Notes: generated by a model not told the origin, from the sequence alone. Shown: positions 27,473 through 41,642, counted from the stretch's first letter. The stretch: DNA of 64,000 nt from Geosiphon pyriformis uo1 (GCA_016748015.1 JAAOMT010000097.1:129801-193800), one strand, 5' to 3'. Numbers and translations are program-made.

Positions 27473-28360
27473 ATGAGACAAGAAAACGAGGGAAATGAAC
27501 AACAACCTTTAATAGTAAATTTGCCCAAAGACATCCCACCTTCACAAGGTTTTATTCAGGCACCGATAGGCTACACCTTTTTGAATTTACAATTTGTGGC
27601 ATATTGGGTGGCCACTGCTGGCTCTTTATTTTTCACCGGTACCATTTGGTATGTGAACTTACAAGGTGAATACAACCATTTCATATGGCATCCAATTTTG
27701 ATGTCAGCTTCAGTGTTTCTTTTAACACAAGGTAAAACGAGAACCTTTTTTTCTTTTTCTTTTGCGTTTTCGTTTTCGTTTTTTTTTTGCCAATCATTTT
27801 TATCTCTAAACTTTTCAAAGGTGTACTTGTACTTCAACAAACGAGCAGACCACGAGAAAAGAAGAGAGGTCTCAACTTTCACCTTGTTCTTCAATATCTC
27901 TCGGTCATAACAGCCTTTATTGGATTTCTGGTAGCATTTTATCATAGGACAATTAATAAAAAACAGCACTGTAAGTATTTCTTCAGTTACTTCTTTTATG
28001 TTGACTAAATTTTCTTGAAGGCTCATCAGAAATAAATCCGAAAAAATAGTCAAGTCAACTCATAGTTTGCTAGGATTAGCAGCATTATGGCTAATATTTA
28101 TGCAAATAATGTTCGGAGTGGCCATAGTCAATATTACAAGACTTTTTGGGGGACTGGTGGAAGCTAAAAAAATGTACAAGTATCATCGCATGACCGGTTA
28201 TCTTTTCCTAATTACGGCTTGGCTAGCTATGATCAGCGGAACGCAAGTGGGTCGAACGAAACGTGAATTTCAATACGAATGGGTTTGGCTCTTGCTCTCT
28301 TGCGTTACCATTTTCGCTCTAGTTCGTCGAGTGGTTATACGAAAAATGGGTTTTTTTTAA
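27473..28360 (+). CDS. Cytochrome b561 family membrane protein (3 exons)
   Basis: FIWHPILM, NFHLVLQ, HFKSTHSLLG and KMYKYHRMTGY provide four heme-ligand His within transmembrane segments. Confidence 0.88.
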
Positions 28361-29476
28361 TCTGATATCCCACAGTCGATCGAATCAACAAATTACCCAA
28401 TATTCTGGTTTGGATCTGATAAATTTGATTACCCTCATTTATTCCAAAAGTGGTGTTTATGCACGATTTCTTCCTTTCGTAATAGTATTTGACAGGTAAA
28501 TTGTGTATCATTGGATTGGTTTAAAAGAATAACATTTTTTGAGCTTTTGAAAATTTATTAATTTTTAAAATAATTATAATTGCAATTACAATTTTATACT
28601 GTTACTTAATAAAAATTCTTATAATGATAAATATTTTATATACAAATGAAAATAATTGATGCTATTTTTATAAAAAAATATGTTATATTTTTTAACACAT
28701 GTTTTTTTGAAATGAATTCTTTGATTAAATGTAATTTTATTTAAATTAAATCAATCATCTGGAAAATAAAAATGATGAAATTTATTGTTTTTATGAAAAG
28801 ATTGTGTGAACCCATTTGATATCAAGATATTTCCTGGTGAAAATTACTCGGCTGTAAATAATAGACTTGTTAGTTAAATATTGTTACAAAGATTGGGGAG
28901 TTGATATGATTCGGCACTATCAAAAAAGATAAACAAAAAGGCGGGATAAAATTGTGAAAATATTTCGTATTAAAATTATTAGTTTAAAAAGATTTTTTAT
29001 AATGCATAGTGACGTACGCTATCCAAGTGTTTGGAACTTGAAAATTTACCCGTTACTAAAAAAAGTTTAGAAAGTATTTCAATCTCATAGATATCGAAAT
29101 AAAAATATAACTATTTTTAAGTTGCCTTATTTGATTAATAAAAATAATTATGAAAAGGAACATAAAAAAAGTTTTTTTTTTTTTTTAACCAAAATTATTT
29201 CCGTTTTTTACACATGGTGTGAATTATTTTTATATTGAAAATAGAGCATCAGATTTTTTAAATCCATTTATTTGGAGAAACAGAAAATCATATATGTTTA
29301 AAAAAAGAAAAAAAAAAAGATTCTAAATTTTTTCTTAAAATCAAAAAAAAATTTTTATTGTCAAAAATAAATAAAATCTTAAATTTATAATTATGTGAAA
29401 TTTAATTATCATAAAATTATTAATTATTATAAAATTATTAATTATTTTTATTTTTTATTATTAAAAAAATTTAATT

Positions 29477-29478
<2 letters not shown>

Positions 29479-29508
<30 letters not shown>
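29479..29508. repeat. (TA)n microsatellite
   Basis: Direct reading. Confidence 0.85.
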
Positions 29509-29512
<4 letters not shown>

Positions 29513-30228
29513 GTTTATATTTATTTCTAAATTGTTATTTATCAAAAATATTTGAAATAATAATACATATTAACTATAAAAATTGTTTTTATTAAAAATT
29601 ATTTTTATTGTTATATCAAAAATATTATTCATTTGATTTTTTTTATAAAAAATAAATTCTTATTTTTAATATATACATAAACATAATAATTTTAATAATT
29701 TTATTTTTAAACTACATTTTTTTATTTTTTTTTTATTTTTGATTATAAAAATAATTTTTAATTTTTTAATTTTTTAATTTTAAAAATTTTTATATGATAT
29801 ATTTATTAGTTTCTTGATAAGTGTAAAATCGTATTATGTAAAAAAAAAATTTAAATAAATAAATAAATGTTAATTTATTTTTCATCATATTATTTTATAT
29901 AAAATTTTTTAGTTTTTATATATAGAAAACTTTATAACTTATGTTTACTTTTTAATTTTATTCAAAAAAAAAATCAAATACATTATTACAAAACTACGCC
30001 TAAAAAATCAATAATGCATGTGCCCATTACTTCTAATATGGCTAATCCATAATAATCATTATTAATTAGTAACATTTATATATAAAATGATCAACCTGAA
30101 CTGGTACCATTATCAGTATCACGCTAATTAGTAAAACGCGATCGCTCAAGTTTTTCTCACGGTTGCCTTCCATTCTAGTATCCCGATTTTTGAGCCTTTT
30201 TTCCTATTAAACTCTTCTATCGAACAGA

Positions 30229-31002
30229 ATGCCTTCTCTCCCTTTCACTACACTCACCGTCATGACCACAATTACCACCGTGCCTTGGCACTTGACCCTC
30301 TTAATTACAATAATTGATTTTCCGATTGTAATAGGATACTTTTTTATGGTAGCAAATATACTCTTTGATACACTGACCCGTCCTACCTCTTTCCCCACTA
30401 GCACTAGACCTTTAAACGGACCAACTTCTACAACCCCACTTCTTTCTCCTCCTTCCACGAGTGCTGATTTATCTTATATCGAGTCCAACAGTTTTCGAAT
30501 ACTTGTTATAGGCTGGTGTTTAGCTTTCTTAGCTCCTCTGCTTGGATATATAGATTTCGCACAATTACCATGGGATATTAGAGGTTTCTTGGGATGGTCT
30601 GGGATATTTGTAATATTAATAGGACTTTCTTTTTGCGTCTACTCTAAAAAAGCTAAAGCACGGTTCACACGAACCGGAGTGTTGACGAATGATGAGTTAA
30701 TAGTAACTCAAGGTGCGTATAAGTCGTAAAGATGATGACGAAATGATAGAAAAAATAATATCCAATTCTTCTTTGGGATTCTAGGCCCTTACCGGCCTGG
30801 CTACCTGGGCCAGATGCTAGCGTGGACAGGATTCGCAATAAGTTCTGGTAACTTGATAGTAATCTCAGCGATAGTTATGATCATATGGATTGTGTACTGG
30901 TATCGGATGCATGCGGAAGAAACATTGTTAATGCACAGTTTCGGTGAAGATTATCTTGAATATCGGCGAACCGTTAAAAAATTAATCCCTTATATTTGCT
31001 AG
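30229..31002 (+). CDS. Isoprenylcysteine carboxyl methyltransferase/PEMT-family membrane protein (2 exons, intron 30713-30784)
   Basis: Hydrophobic helices, LIVTQGPYR-PGYLG, YRMHAEETLL..FGEDYLEYRRTVKKLIPYI. Confidence 0.78.
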
Positions 31003-31340
31003 AATTGCCGCCGGGCATTTATTGCAAGATGACATATGGACATCGCAATTTCCTATATAGAGTAATTGGCTAGATGACCCAAATATAATTATAATAACTT
31101 AATATCTTCTCTTAATATTTTCTCGTTTTTACGTTTGTACCAGCACATAGAATAGAAACAGATGTTGATTCTTCAATACATTTGATAGCTGATATGTAGG
31201 CCACCTTTTTCAACAGTCTAGGATTAATAATTGTTTCCTCCTATCACTTTTTTAATATAGTATCTTTCAGAGAAGCCATTTGATGTATAATAGATTGCAA
31301 ATGTCATTTCTACCTAAGGATTAAGCTATCTGTAATAAAT

Positions 31341-32961
31341 CTATCTTTTTTTAGCAGGTCGCGGTTTGACATCTTCCTCTTTTACAGAGTGCAAATATAC
31401 AGCATCCTTGGTTTGCTGTGTTTGATATGTTGGTTGTTGATATCCCTGTTTGAAGAACATTGGTTCAATAGCTTGATTTGAAGTTAAGTATTTAGAATAA
31501 ACTTTATCAAATATAAACCGACTCACCTTACTCCAATCGTAACCAGCACCATAGGCAAAGATGGTACCGTTACGATTAAATGTCGTGGCGACAATAGGTA
31601 CGTTGATTGTGCTAAATCCTTTAAGTCGTTGTTTAGAATCTTTATCCCAAAAATTAAAGGTTCCATCACTACCAGCTGTTGAAAAAGTGCCGTGTAATGG
31701 ATGAAAAGATATGGCATTTACGGCGTATACGTTCACATTATTTTCACGATGACATTTAAACGAAAAGCTTGCACTAGTATGTAAAATAGTAGTAAGTTAT
31801 GATTTGTTTGAACTATATATTATAATATAATAAATTCCTTTGGATTCTTACGTGCTTTCCTTTTCATCAAGATATTGTATCCCAACTCTCCCTTCAATGC
31901 TACCTATGGCATAGCCTGTTCCATTGATGAAACAAGCCACCGTACGGGTTTGCCATTTTAAAGGACTTTGTGCAGTCTGTTTTTCCGGAAATAGATTATA
32001 TTAAGAGTATATCATGAAAAGATCGTATAAATATATATATTCTACTAAGAGATTGACAAACCTTATATACTTGAGAGGGATTTAACATGTTATAAACGAC
32101 AACGTGTCTTTCTGCGGTAGCAACTACCATTAATGGAAATACCAAATCCATAGCATAGCATCTCTCTGGAAGATTAACACTCAATACGGGTGTTGACATC
32201 CGCATATCCCAATACTCGACATTTGTCGTAAAATAAAAGTTAGATAAATAAAAAAAATCATATCATACCTGAAAAAAAACTTTAAATTTACCTTTACAGT
32301 CTTATCCCAGCTTCCCGTTGCAACAACTGGGGATGTTCCACTGTCTACCCACTTAATACACTTTATAGGAGCATCATGTTGAGCTATTTGTGCTGCAGTT
32401 CCTGTGGTTACGTCAAACATTCGACCAGCCTTGTCTGCACCACCCGACAATATTTTAGTGCCATCCTTCCGAGAAAAAACATTTGGTTTATGCCTTAAGA
32501 AAACTTGAGGAAGTGGTATTTTTCCAGAAAGAGCAAAATTAAATCGGACTCAATACTTTGCTCCATGTGCAACACAAAGCCGGGGCCTCATGGGGGTACA
32601 AAGCCTTGCCAAGAGCTGAGCCTGTGGTCGAGTTCACCTCGTAAATTCTAACCTGGAGAAACAGACAGTTGGAGTTTCAGAATTATTAATTTTATACATC
32701 GAATCTATGAATTGATGAAACAAATATTTTTTCCCTTTCCTGATTGTCCCAAGAGGACACTGCCAAATAATCAGCAACAGGTGAAAATGCTAACTGCGAG
32801 ATCCCGTCAGTTGGCGGATTTGGCAACTGGTCCAATGTGAAATATCAGTAAGCTTATAAAAAGTAACAGACAGGAAAAAAATGCAAAAAAAAAATTAGGC
32901 CTACCACATAATCTTTAGGAGCTTCCGTGTTGCTAACAATATTAGGTCTGTTGAACGCCAG
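31341..32961 (-). CDS. RAE1: mRNA export factor Rae1/Gle2 (WD40), multi-exon; start ambiguous (CTG 32961 or split ATG 33057)
   Basis: [92 protein letters not shown]. Confidence 0.95.
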
Positions 32962-33520
32962 TTTGTTAAGTTTCTTTTTGATATAGAAGAATAAGAAAAA
33001 GGTTGAAGAGTTAACTTGTAAAGAGGGATGTCAAGTTTTCAAGTTGTTCTCCACCATAAAATAGAAAAGCACACGAACTTAGGGCCCCAATCAGTCTTGA
33101 TTTGAGGTACAAATCAAATAACACAGACTGCTTTGAAGTAAATTCAAGGACTCATGTTTTTTAAAAGTTACGAGAAAAAGGGCTTTACCCAAAATAAGTT
33201 AGTGGAAATAAGCTGGTAAATCATATCCTGAAACAACAAAATATACTGTTTTAATTGAAATTTATAAAGTAAAAATAAAAATAAAAATCCTTTTAAAAAA
33301 TGTATTAATCAATTTTGTTAAAACAAAAAAATTATATATTTTAGCAAAATTTTAAGCTTATACTTCAATATTTTTATAAATTGTTAAAATTAAGTTTGAA
33401 AATTTATTCGGAGTTGAATTTAGTATAGACTAAATGGGTCGCGTCAATAGTTGATTATATACTCATTATTGTGAATAATAATCACTCATTTGTCTACACC
33501 TTAAATCACCAAACACAAAA

Positions 33521-34773
33521 ATGAATTGCTTGCCTTGGAGTTTAGAATATTTAGCTCAACAAGAAAAAGATTCTCAGTCAACCGTAATTGAAGGTACGTC
33601 TTTTTTTACATGCGCACAGGCTTAGTTCCTCCGCAAACTGCCAAAGTTGCCTACCTTACTGAAAACTGCTCGTTTTTACTTCTGAACGTTTGATTGAGTG
33701 CGCCCAACAGCCGTTACCAAACTTTACACTGTAAAATATAAGATAGCACAAGAAGAGCTTGACCAATGTGAATCCTGTGCACCTTTAAGACGGGTTCTAG
33801 ATTCAGAAAAAGAAAGTTGTTCGAAAGAGAGTTTGTCTATGCTAGCTCTAAAGTTAATTGAACTTGAGAAAATCCGAGAAAAAATAGTTAGGAAATGTCT
33901 CGTGCGGCTCATCGCCAAGAAAGACCAAACCGTGTTACGAGCTCAAAGGGATAACAAACCCATGGAAAGACTGTTTGAATATATTCTGATTGCATTGAAA
34001 CGAGAGGCCAGTAGAATTATAAAATTTTGTTCTTTTTTGCGAAAAGGTTCCTATCGTGAAATTACGATAAAGTTTTTTAGCCAGCCATGGTGGTCTTTGA
34101 TAAATGTTTTGCATGGCCTCCGTTTTATGTTGTAAATTGAATTAACCTGTTTTCTCCCTATGTCCCTCCGTAGATCTTAAAAGCAGTGCTATCAGTTTTG
34201 GTTTAACTGTAGTTTTTATTTTGAAAATGTTGAATTAACTTTCAACTTTGGTTCAATCACATTTTAAAATAACTGATATTCTTTCTTCTTCAAAACAGAT
34301 TTTATTCAAAGAAATTCAAGAATCTCAGTCGGATATCGTTGACTGGGTCGCCGCTTTAAACAAACTATTCCCAGAAATAAAAGATAGTGAAGCTGAGAAA
34401 GACAAAGACAGAAAAAAGTATCCCTTTCACTTTTCCTCTCGTCATTTTCCATCACAACGCCCTATCTTGGTTAAACTATTAGTCCAAGTCTTAAAATATA
34501 CAAATGGGAATGAGGAATCCGTCAGGTGATTTCAAGAAACTTTAAATTTTAACCACCATTTAGAAATCCCTCTTACCACATCCAGTATATTACAGTGTTT
34601 TTGGATTCCAAGAATTTTCTGATGCCCTTTCGCTAATTTCATGGGAACGAATTCGCGATATGTTGAATGAGTATTTGAATAATTTTCACTACCATATGAA
34701 AGAAATGTCCGATTTAATTTCTGAACAAAGTCATCAAAATGAGGTCGTACAGTCGATGAAAAATAATTTCTAG
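33521..34773 (+). CDS. Hypothetical multi-exon alpha-helical protein
   Basis: ATG 33521 (MNCLPWSLEYLAQQEK). Long open exons at about 33698-34005, 34299-34487 and 34564-34773 with plausible splice sites. No family recognised. Confidence 0.55.
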
Positions 34774-35004
34774 ATATCAGCCCTTGCTTTGACAGATGAT
34801 TAAAATGCATATCAAAAGTTATTACTGGGCAACAAAATTGAAGTTTAAAAAGGAATAATTAATTTTCGTGATAATTTAGTTACTGTAAAATTTACAAGAG
34901 ATTTAATCTTCGAAAATATTAGTTGCTTAGAGTTAAAATTGTCTAATATTTTACATTGCAATAAATAGCTTTTATTAGGCATTAAACACGGAAATCCTGA
35001 ACTT

Positions 35005-37135
35005 TTATGAGCTAGCAGCCTGATTCGCTGAAGTTGTGGTTACTTGATTTACGTTATCTTTATTGGCTTCCTTGAGTAAAAAAGATATCCACATATCCGA
35101 AAACGACTGTACAAGGCGAAAAATCAGTTTAAAGTAAAATAATGAATGCAAGTTCATTCTCTTAATACTAACCTCTCGGGGTGCTTCCTCAGTCACGGGT
35201 AGCAATAGACTATTACTCCTGGGCACCTCCTCAGATTTCCGAATTAGGGGTCTTTCTGATGTCGGTGTCCATAATCCTGACACCCATCCACTCGGCCGAT
35301 CATCAAGACCCGAACGTGGTATTGCAGATCTTCGAATTAAACCTACCTGTTCTTTTTGTTCATCAGTCCATTGCAGCATGCTCGACATCAGTTGCAATAT
35401 TTCAAAACGTTTGCTATCACCTCTTGGCGTGTTAAAAAATGCTATTAAAAGATTGGTAATTAAACGCCTGGGAAATTCCAAGATTGTTAATATATTAACT
35501 ATCGCACTCAATTTCAAAGGGTTCAAATGCTTCAGCCGTGAGTCACCAAATCTGACTTACTTGTCAACATTGTGGTCACTGCTTTCTTCACGCATTCGAC
35601 GCATGGCTTCCGTTAAATGCTCGTTTAATATGACAGCTAAAAAGAAATTTTAAAATTAAAAATCCTGTTAAATTATTCTTAAATATTTATATATTACCTT
35701 CATGACGTAGCTTGCCAATCAGCAGGTTCTTTTCTTTGATCTCTCTTTCATACTGTTGGGTCTTGCTATATTCCCCTTTGATTTGTGATAATTGGCTCTG
35801 TAAAAAAAGGAATATCAGTTTGATCTAGCAGAATGTCGGCTTAATATGTTACAAAAGCGCTCTTTATCTGACCTCTGCAAGAATGGCCCTTTCTTTAAAT
35901 TCTGATAATTCGCTGGTCGCGATGGCAAGCCTTCTTTGTATTCCTTCGACAGCCTCACGAATCTCAGATTCCTTAGCTTTATCAATAAATAGTAATTGAA
36001 TTTATTTCAAAGTTCTCTTTCGTTTAAAATCTTGGGTAACTATTTACCAGCTTGAAATTCCTCCAAAACAGTTTGTAAATTTGATAAACTCTCTGATTCA
36101 GTCTCCTTTTCCGTATTTAATATTTCTTTCTCGTTTCGTAATATTTCTATATCTCTTTCCAAATGTTTTATGTGTGAACTCATCTCATCTTTGTAACCCT
36201 TTTCCTGCATTGCCGTCATTTCCCAATCCCTTCGTTCGCCTTCAACACGCTCTAATTTAATTTGTAACTCCTTTAGTGCAGTATCCCTCTCGGCTATCTC
36301 ATGAGCGGAATGTTGTTGGATTTTGAAAACTTGTGTTCGCATATGTTCTAATTCTTGAACCAATTTTTCATTTTCATTACGATGAGTACTAGCATCGAAT
36401 TTTAACTGCGAAATTGAGTTGTTGAGTTCTTGATTTTGTTGATTAAGGCCTGCAATTTGTTGTCGGGCTTGTTTGAGTTCTTCCTAATCGAAAACCAAAT
36501 GAATAATCAGCGATAAAAGGAAAATAAGAGAGATCAGGAAAATATTCAAGGTATTAAAACAGAGGGATTGTACCCTCTTGATTTACCATATCTCCTTTTA
36601 GCTTATCTTCTAAGGAGGTTTTCACTGTGGCTAACTTTGCCAACAGGCTTTGATGCTGTGCTTCCAAATGAGTCTTTTGCCCTCGCGTTTGCTCCAGTTG
36701 GGTGACCAAGAAATCTCTTTCCTTAGAGAGTTTTTCATTATCATTTTCAAATTGCTGCAACTTCAGCTCAAGTTGACTGTAAGTCTCACTGTCGAGCCTC
36801 TTTTCCTCATGCGCCTGCTCAAGTTGCGCACACAAGTTTTCTTGCTTTTTTACTAACAAAGCTTTCTCAGCTTCCAAGTGTTGTTGATGAGCTCGAAGTT
36901 CTTCCAGTGTTTCATCTTTTTGGTTCCTAGCTATATTTTGCTTTTCCAAAGTTTGTAGCTGCTCCAGTAACGAGTCTCTTTCATTCGACAATTCATTATT
37001 TTCATTTTGTACTTTAGCAAGTTCAGTGCGTAAATAGCTGAGTGCTTGTAAAATTGCTTGTTGATCAACGACTAGCTGCTTATTTGTTTCTACACCGTTC
37101 CCGAGAGGTGACGAAGATGTTTGCAAATCTGACAT
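35005..37135 (-). CDS. RUD3: Coiled-coil golgin with C-terminal GRAB domain (Rud3/GMAP-210-like)
   Basis: Long heptad coiled coil, then IGKLRHE..ILNEHLTEAMRRMR..NVDKRLITNLLIAF..PRGDSKRFEILQLMSSMLQW and SFSDMWISFLLKEA. Confidence 0.85.
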
Positions 37136-37441
37136 GACCGTTCAAACGGTTATGTTGTAGGCTGAATTTTCGCAATAATACAAGGAAATGGTCTGTAATA
37201 AAGCATGAGTTTCTGTTTGTGACCACATGTGCAGTGAGCTCCGAAGATAGTGCAGCGCTGCAGAAGAATCTTAAGCTTATAGATTAAGGGCAAAAATTTC
37301 AACAAGTCATTTTGATAAATTTTTATTTCCCTAATTTGGCAATTTTGATTATCGGGATTTAAATTTGCGGCATCAAAGATTTTCAATCAATTTGACTTTC
37401 TCTATTTCCAAAGGTTTAGAGCCTCACCCATTAACACTGTG

Positions 37442-39248
37442 ATGTCAATAGAAAGAAGACCTATTCAGGAGACTTATGTTAAAGATGCGGCCTTTTCCGA
37501 CATTTTACATGGAAAAGAAATCATCGAATCTGACGGTAGTTTTTTCACAAAAGTCACTTCAAAGGACAAAGCTGCACACGAAGCAGTGGTAAAAAATTAT
37601 TTGAGTTTTTGGGAGGGGAAGGAACCGGAGAATGAGACAAGTGAGGACATCAAAGCGCGTCAAGAAAACTATACGTCTCTAACCAATTCTTATTATAACA
37701 TTGCTACTGACTTTTACGAGGTATTAGTATAAAAATTTGGTTTATTGTGTTTTTTAAATGTCCCAATCATACAAGCTGTTTATTAGAATAAGCTTTTTAA
37801 CAATTTGGGGACTTTTAATAATTCCAATCTAATATGAGAGAAGTGTCACTTGATTATTTGTAAATATTCAGAATTTCAAACCTTAATTGGTCGTTCGGAA
37901 CCGTTCAATTTTTCTAATTTTTCAATATTTTATGTAATAATCAAATGGTACTTCTCGTACGATCAAAATTGAAAAATTCTGATGTATTTGAAATTCAGAA
38001 CATAAATTTCTGTTTATTCGGATGATTTGGAAAGAAACAATTAAATAAAATCCTTCCCCGTTCAATTTTTCAATTGAATAGCTTTTTGGTTAAAATTGGT
38101 TATGTGCTTTTCAATACCTTAATAGTATGGTTGGGGAACCTCATTTCACTTTTGCCGTTTCTACCCCAACGAAAGCTTTGAACACGCCATTTCACGACAC
38201 GAGCATTACTTGGCTATGCAATTAAATGTGAAACCTGGTATGAACATACTAGATATCGGCTGTGGCGTTGGTATGTATGAGAAAAGAAAAGTAAACTAAT
38301 ATCCATATCATTTAGCCTACTGACCCTTTTTTACCAACCTAAAATCGACCAAAAAATAGGTGGGCCAGCACGGGAGATTTGTCATTTCACGGGTGCCCAT
38401 ATCACTGGATTAAATAATAACGATTATCAAATCCAACGCGCCAAGGAGTATTCAAAAAAGATTGGGCTGGAGTCAAAAACTGATTTTGTAAAGGGTAATT
38501 TCATGGATATCCCTTTCGAGAATAACAGTTTCGATGCAGTATACGCAATCGAAGCCACTTGTCACGCACCAAAACTCGAGGATGTATACGGAGAAGCATA
38601 TCGTGTGCTTAAACCTGGTGGCATCTTTGCTATTTATGAATGGTGTACTACTGAAAATTATGACTCAAAAAATCCAGAGCATCAAAGAATTTCACGTGGA
38701 ATCGAGGTGAAACTACTAAGAAAATCTTTTTATTGTCATTGAATAATTTTTCTGAAGATTGATATTTTCAAAGGTGGGTGATGGGATACCAAAACTGTTT
38801 AGTACTTCAGTTGCTGAAAAAGAATTTCGAAGCGTTGGATTTGAAGTTCAACTTGCCATCGACTTAGCAGTCAACGATGATAAATCTACCTGGTATCATC
38901 CCTTGGAAGGTGATTATCGTAAAGTTCAATCACTTTGGGATTGCTTTACAGTCTTCCGAATGACACGTATGGGAAAATATTTCACTCGTGCAGTGGTAAG
39001 TCTAAAACATAAAAGTGAAATTAGCCAAAAAATTGTTTCAAAATAATTGATTTATTACCTTTTTTTATAAAATGAAGGTCGGTTGTTTGGAAAAGCTCGG
39101 CATTGCCCCAGCTGGTTCTATAAAAACTCAAAAGGTTCTAGAAACCGCCCAAGATAGTATTATTCAAGGTGGACGGTTAGGGCTCTTCACACCTATGTTT
39201 TTGCTCGTTGGCAAAAAGCCTACTTCAAAAGAGCAAACAAAATTTTAA
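37442..39248 (+). CDS. ERG6: Sterol 24-C-methyltransferase
   Basis: [52 protein letters not shown]. Stop TAA at 39246-39248. Confidence 0.97.
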
Positions 39249-39321
39249 AATACATTTTAAGAACTGCTAATTATAAATTTTGGAATTTTATTTTACCTAT
39301 TCATTTAGTTTCATTTTTAAT

Positions 39322-41098
39322 TTAATTTGCATGCAGTTTACCAAATTTTTTTGGTGGGAGATTGAATTCAGTTGCTAGGGATTCAATATCCTCTGTAGTG
39401 GTGATAGACTTAACATGATCAAGCGGATACTCTTTCCTAAGTAGGTTAGCAAGTACCCTCCCAGGTCCAAAAGCAATAAAGTGATGGATATCACGATCCT
39501 TGCAATACTTTACACTCCTGTGCCATTGTACAGTTGCTGTAACCTGGGCAGCCAGTAAAGAAGGTATATCCTGGACAGATTTTATCTAGTAAACCAAAAC
39601 AATTAGTCAATAAATTCCCCTGTGATATAAACTTCCATAATAAATATCAATTTACCGGCTTTGCAGTCACATTAGATATTATGTCGACAACCGGAGGCTG
39701 AAATTCAATATCCTGAAAAGCCGCGAGTAGTTCAACCGATACAGGTCGCATTAAAACGCAATGAAATGGAGCACTATAAAAATTTTCACAAATTACTCTC
39801 ATGAAAGAGATCTTGATGTCGCAGGAAATAAAAAAATAACCACGTACGATACAGGAAGATCGACTGCACGCGCAGCAATTTTTTTTGATTGTAAAATGCG
39901 TGATGCGTGATCTACTCCATAACTCGTACCACTGATAACAACCTAAATATAGGGATATGAGAATTTGACAATGAAAATTTCCGATTGCTTAGGGAATGTT
40001 TTAATCACACACCTGGAAAGACTGGACCAGAAAAGATTGTAGATTAAGTGGCTTGAAATATTGAAAAGTTGATAAAATCATTTTAAAATTTACTCACGCT
40101 ATTTATGTTCGCCAGCTCAACAAGTTCACCTTCGGGCAGACCAGCGCGAATTTCCTCGATGGATTCTTCAAGTGCTGTAAGGTTGTTTCCTTTTACAACG
40201 AGCGCAGCGATAGCAGTTTTCACTCCACATTGTGAAACTGTTTTTGACATGGCCTCCCCACGCAATCTCTGTGCAACAACTTTTGAATAATTATTTGAAG
40301 CTAATGTTATTCTGCTTTGTAAAAAAATAACTCACGACTAGTTTTACGGCGTCATATAATTTTAGTGAATTTGTTGCGACAAGAGCCGTATATTCTCCCA
40401 TGGAATGACCAAGCACATAGGTACACGCAGAAGAAACATCGAATCCACACTCTTCCTAAATTGTAGATAACAGCAATGTGTGAAATGATGCTGAGATCGT
40501 CAAAATCATAAAATTTACTCACCTCTAAAACTCGCAAAATTGCAACAGATACAGTTAAAATTGCAGGTTGAGCGTTCTCAGTAAGAGTGAGCTTTCGCTA
40601 TAAATTCGCGCTTTAAAAATATGGCTAATTTCAGCGACAAAATACAAAAAAATTACATACTTGCTGACCGTTAAACATTAAATCTTTCAATTCACCACCT
40701 AAGGCTTCGTCGGCTTCGTCGACAACCTTACGCGCCGAAGGAAAACTCGCATAGAGATCTTTGCCCATGCCTACATATTGAGCACCTTGTCCTATATAAA
40801 AATATTGGCAGAGTTTTTTGAAGACAAGGGGCTTAAGGAACAAAGGTTAGATAGACGTATAAAAAGAATGCGAAAATAAAAGTTCATAGTACCAGGAAAC
40901 AGTATAGCAGAGTGTGCTTTTTCTATTCCAGCAGTACTCTAAGTTCAGAAGATTCGGTTTTATAATTATTGTTGCAATATAATCAAAAGAACTCTATGCT
41001 CTTACCATCCAAGTTCGAAAAGAAGTTTTTTTCAAAAGAGGTCCGCTTAAGTTGAAAGAACGAGCAAGTGTAAAGCTTTTGATAAATGTGAAAAGCAT
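39322..41098 (-). CDS. MCT1: Mitochondrial malonyl-CoA:ACP transacylase (FAS II)
   Basis: Basic N-terminal presequence, LFPGQGAQYVGMG, TENAQPAIL, LGHSMGEY, ANINS-SFQ-VVISG, SAPFHC, FGPGRVL. Confidence 0.93.
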
Positions 41099-41642
41099 CG
41101 TTTAATTGAAGTGAATACAAAGCAGCCTGGGAAGCTTAAAAAAAGGTTTCTAATAGATCGCCAACCTGCTGACCGAAAAAGGCTCTTTCACAGAAATTTA
41201 ACGATCGTCACAAACAGAAAATAATTTCACTCTTAAAATTTGATTCCTTACATCCGTTTATTATTTTAATGTACAGGGGTGATGGATCATGAAGAATTGG
41301 AAGAAAAAATATTCTCAGTGCAATATAGAAACAGTTTATATGTCGAGATGTTCAGCTGCTAAATATCAAATGATAAAAATAACTTTTTTTATCAGTTTAA
41401 TTTTAATATCCTTCTATTGCATAACCTTGAACTGAAATAAAATGTCCTTGGGAGAGAATAACAATAACGGCATCTCTTTAAGCTTGATAACAATTTATGT
41501 CTGTTTTTCCACCGAGATATCAAACCAGAAATTTCGTCTATAGTTAGAACCCCACATAGGAAAGGATACAATTTTGATGATAAAAACTCGGCGATTGTGA
41601 CGATTGGGATCGAGGTTAGGTTATTATTGGCCTTACCTTATA

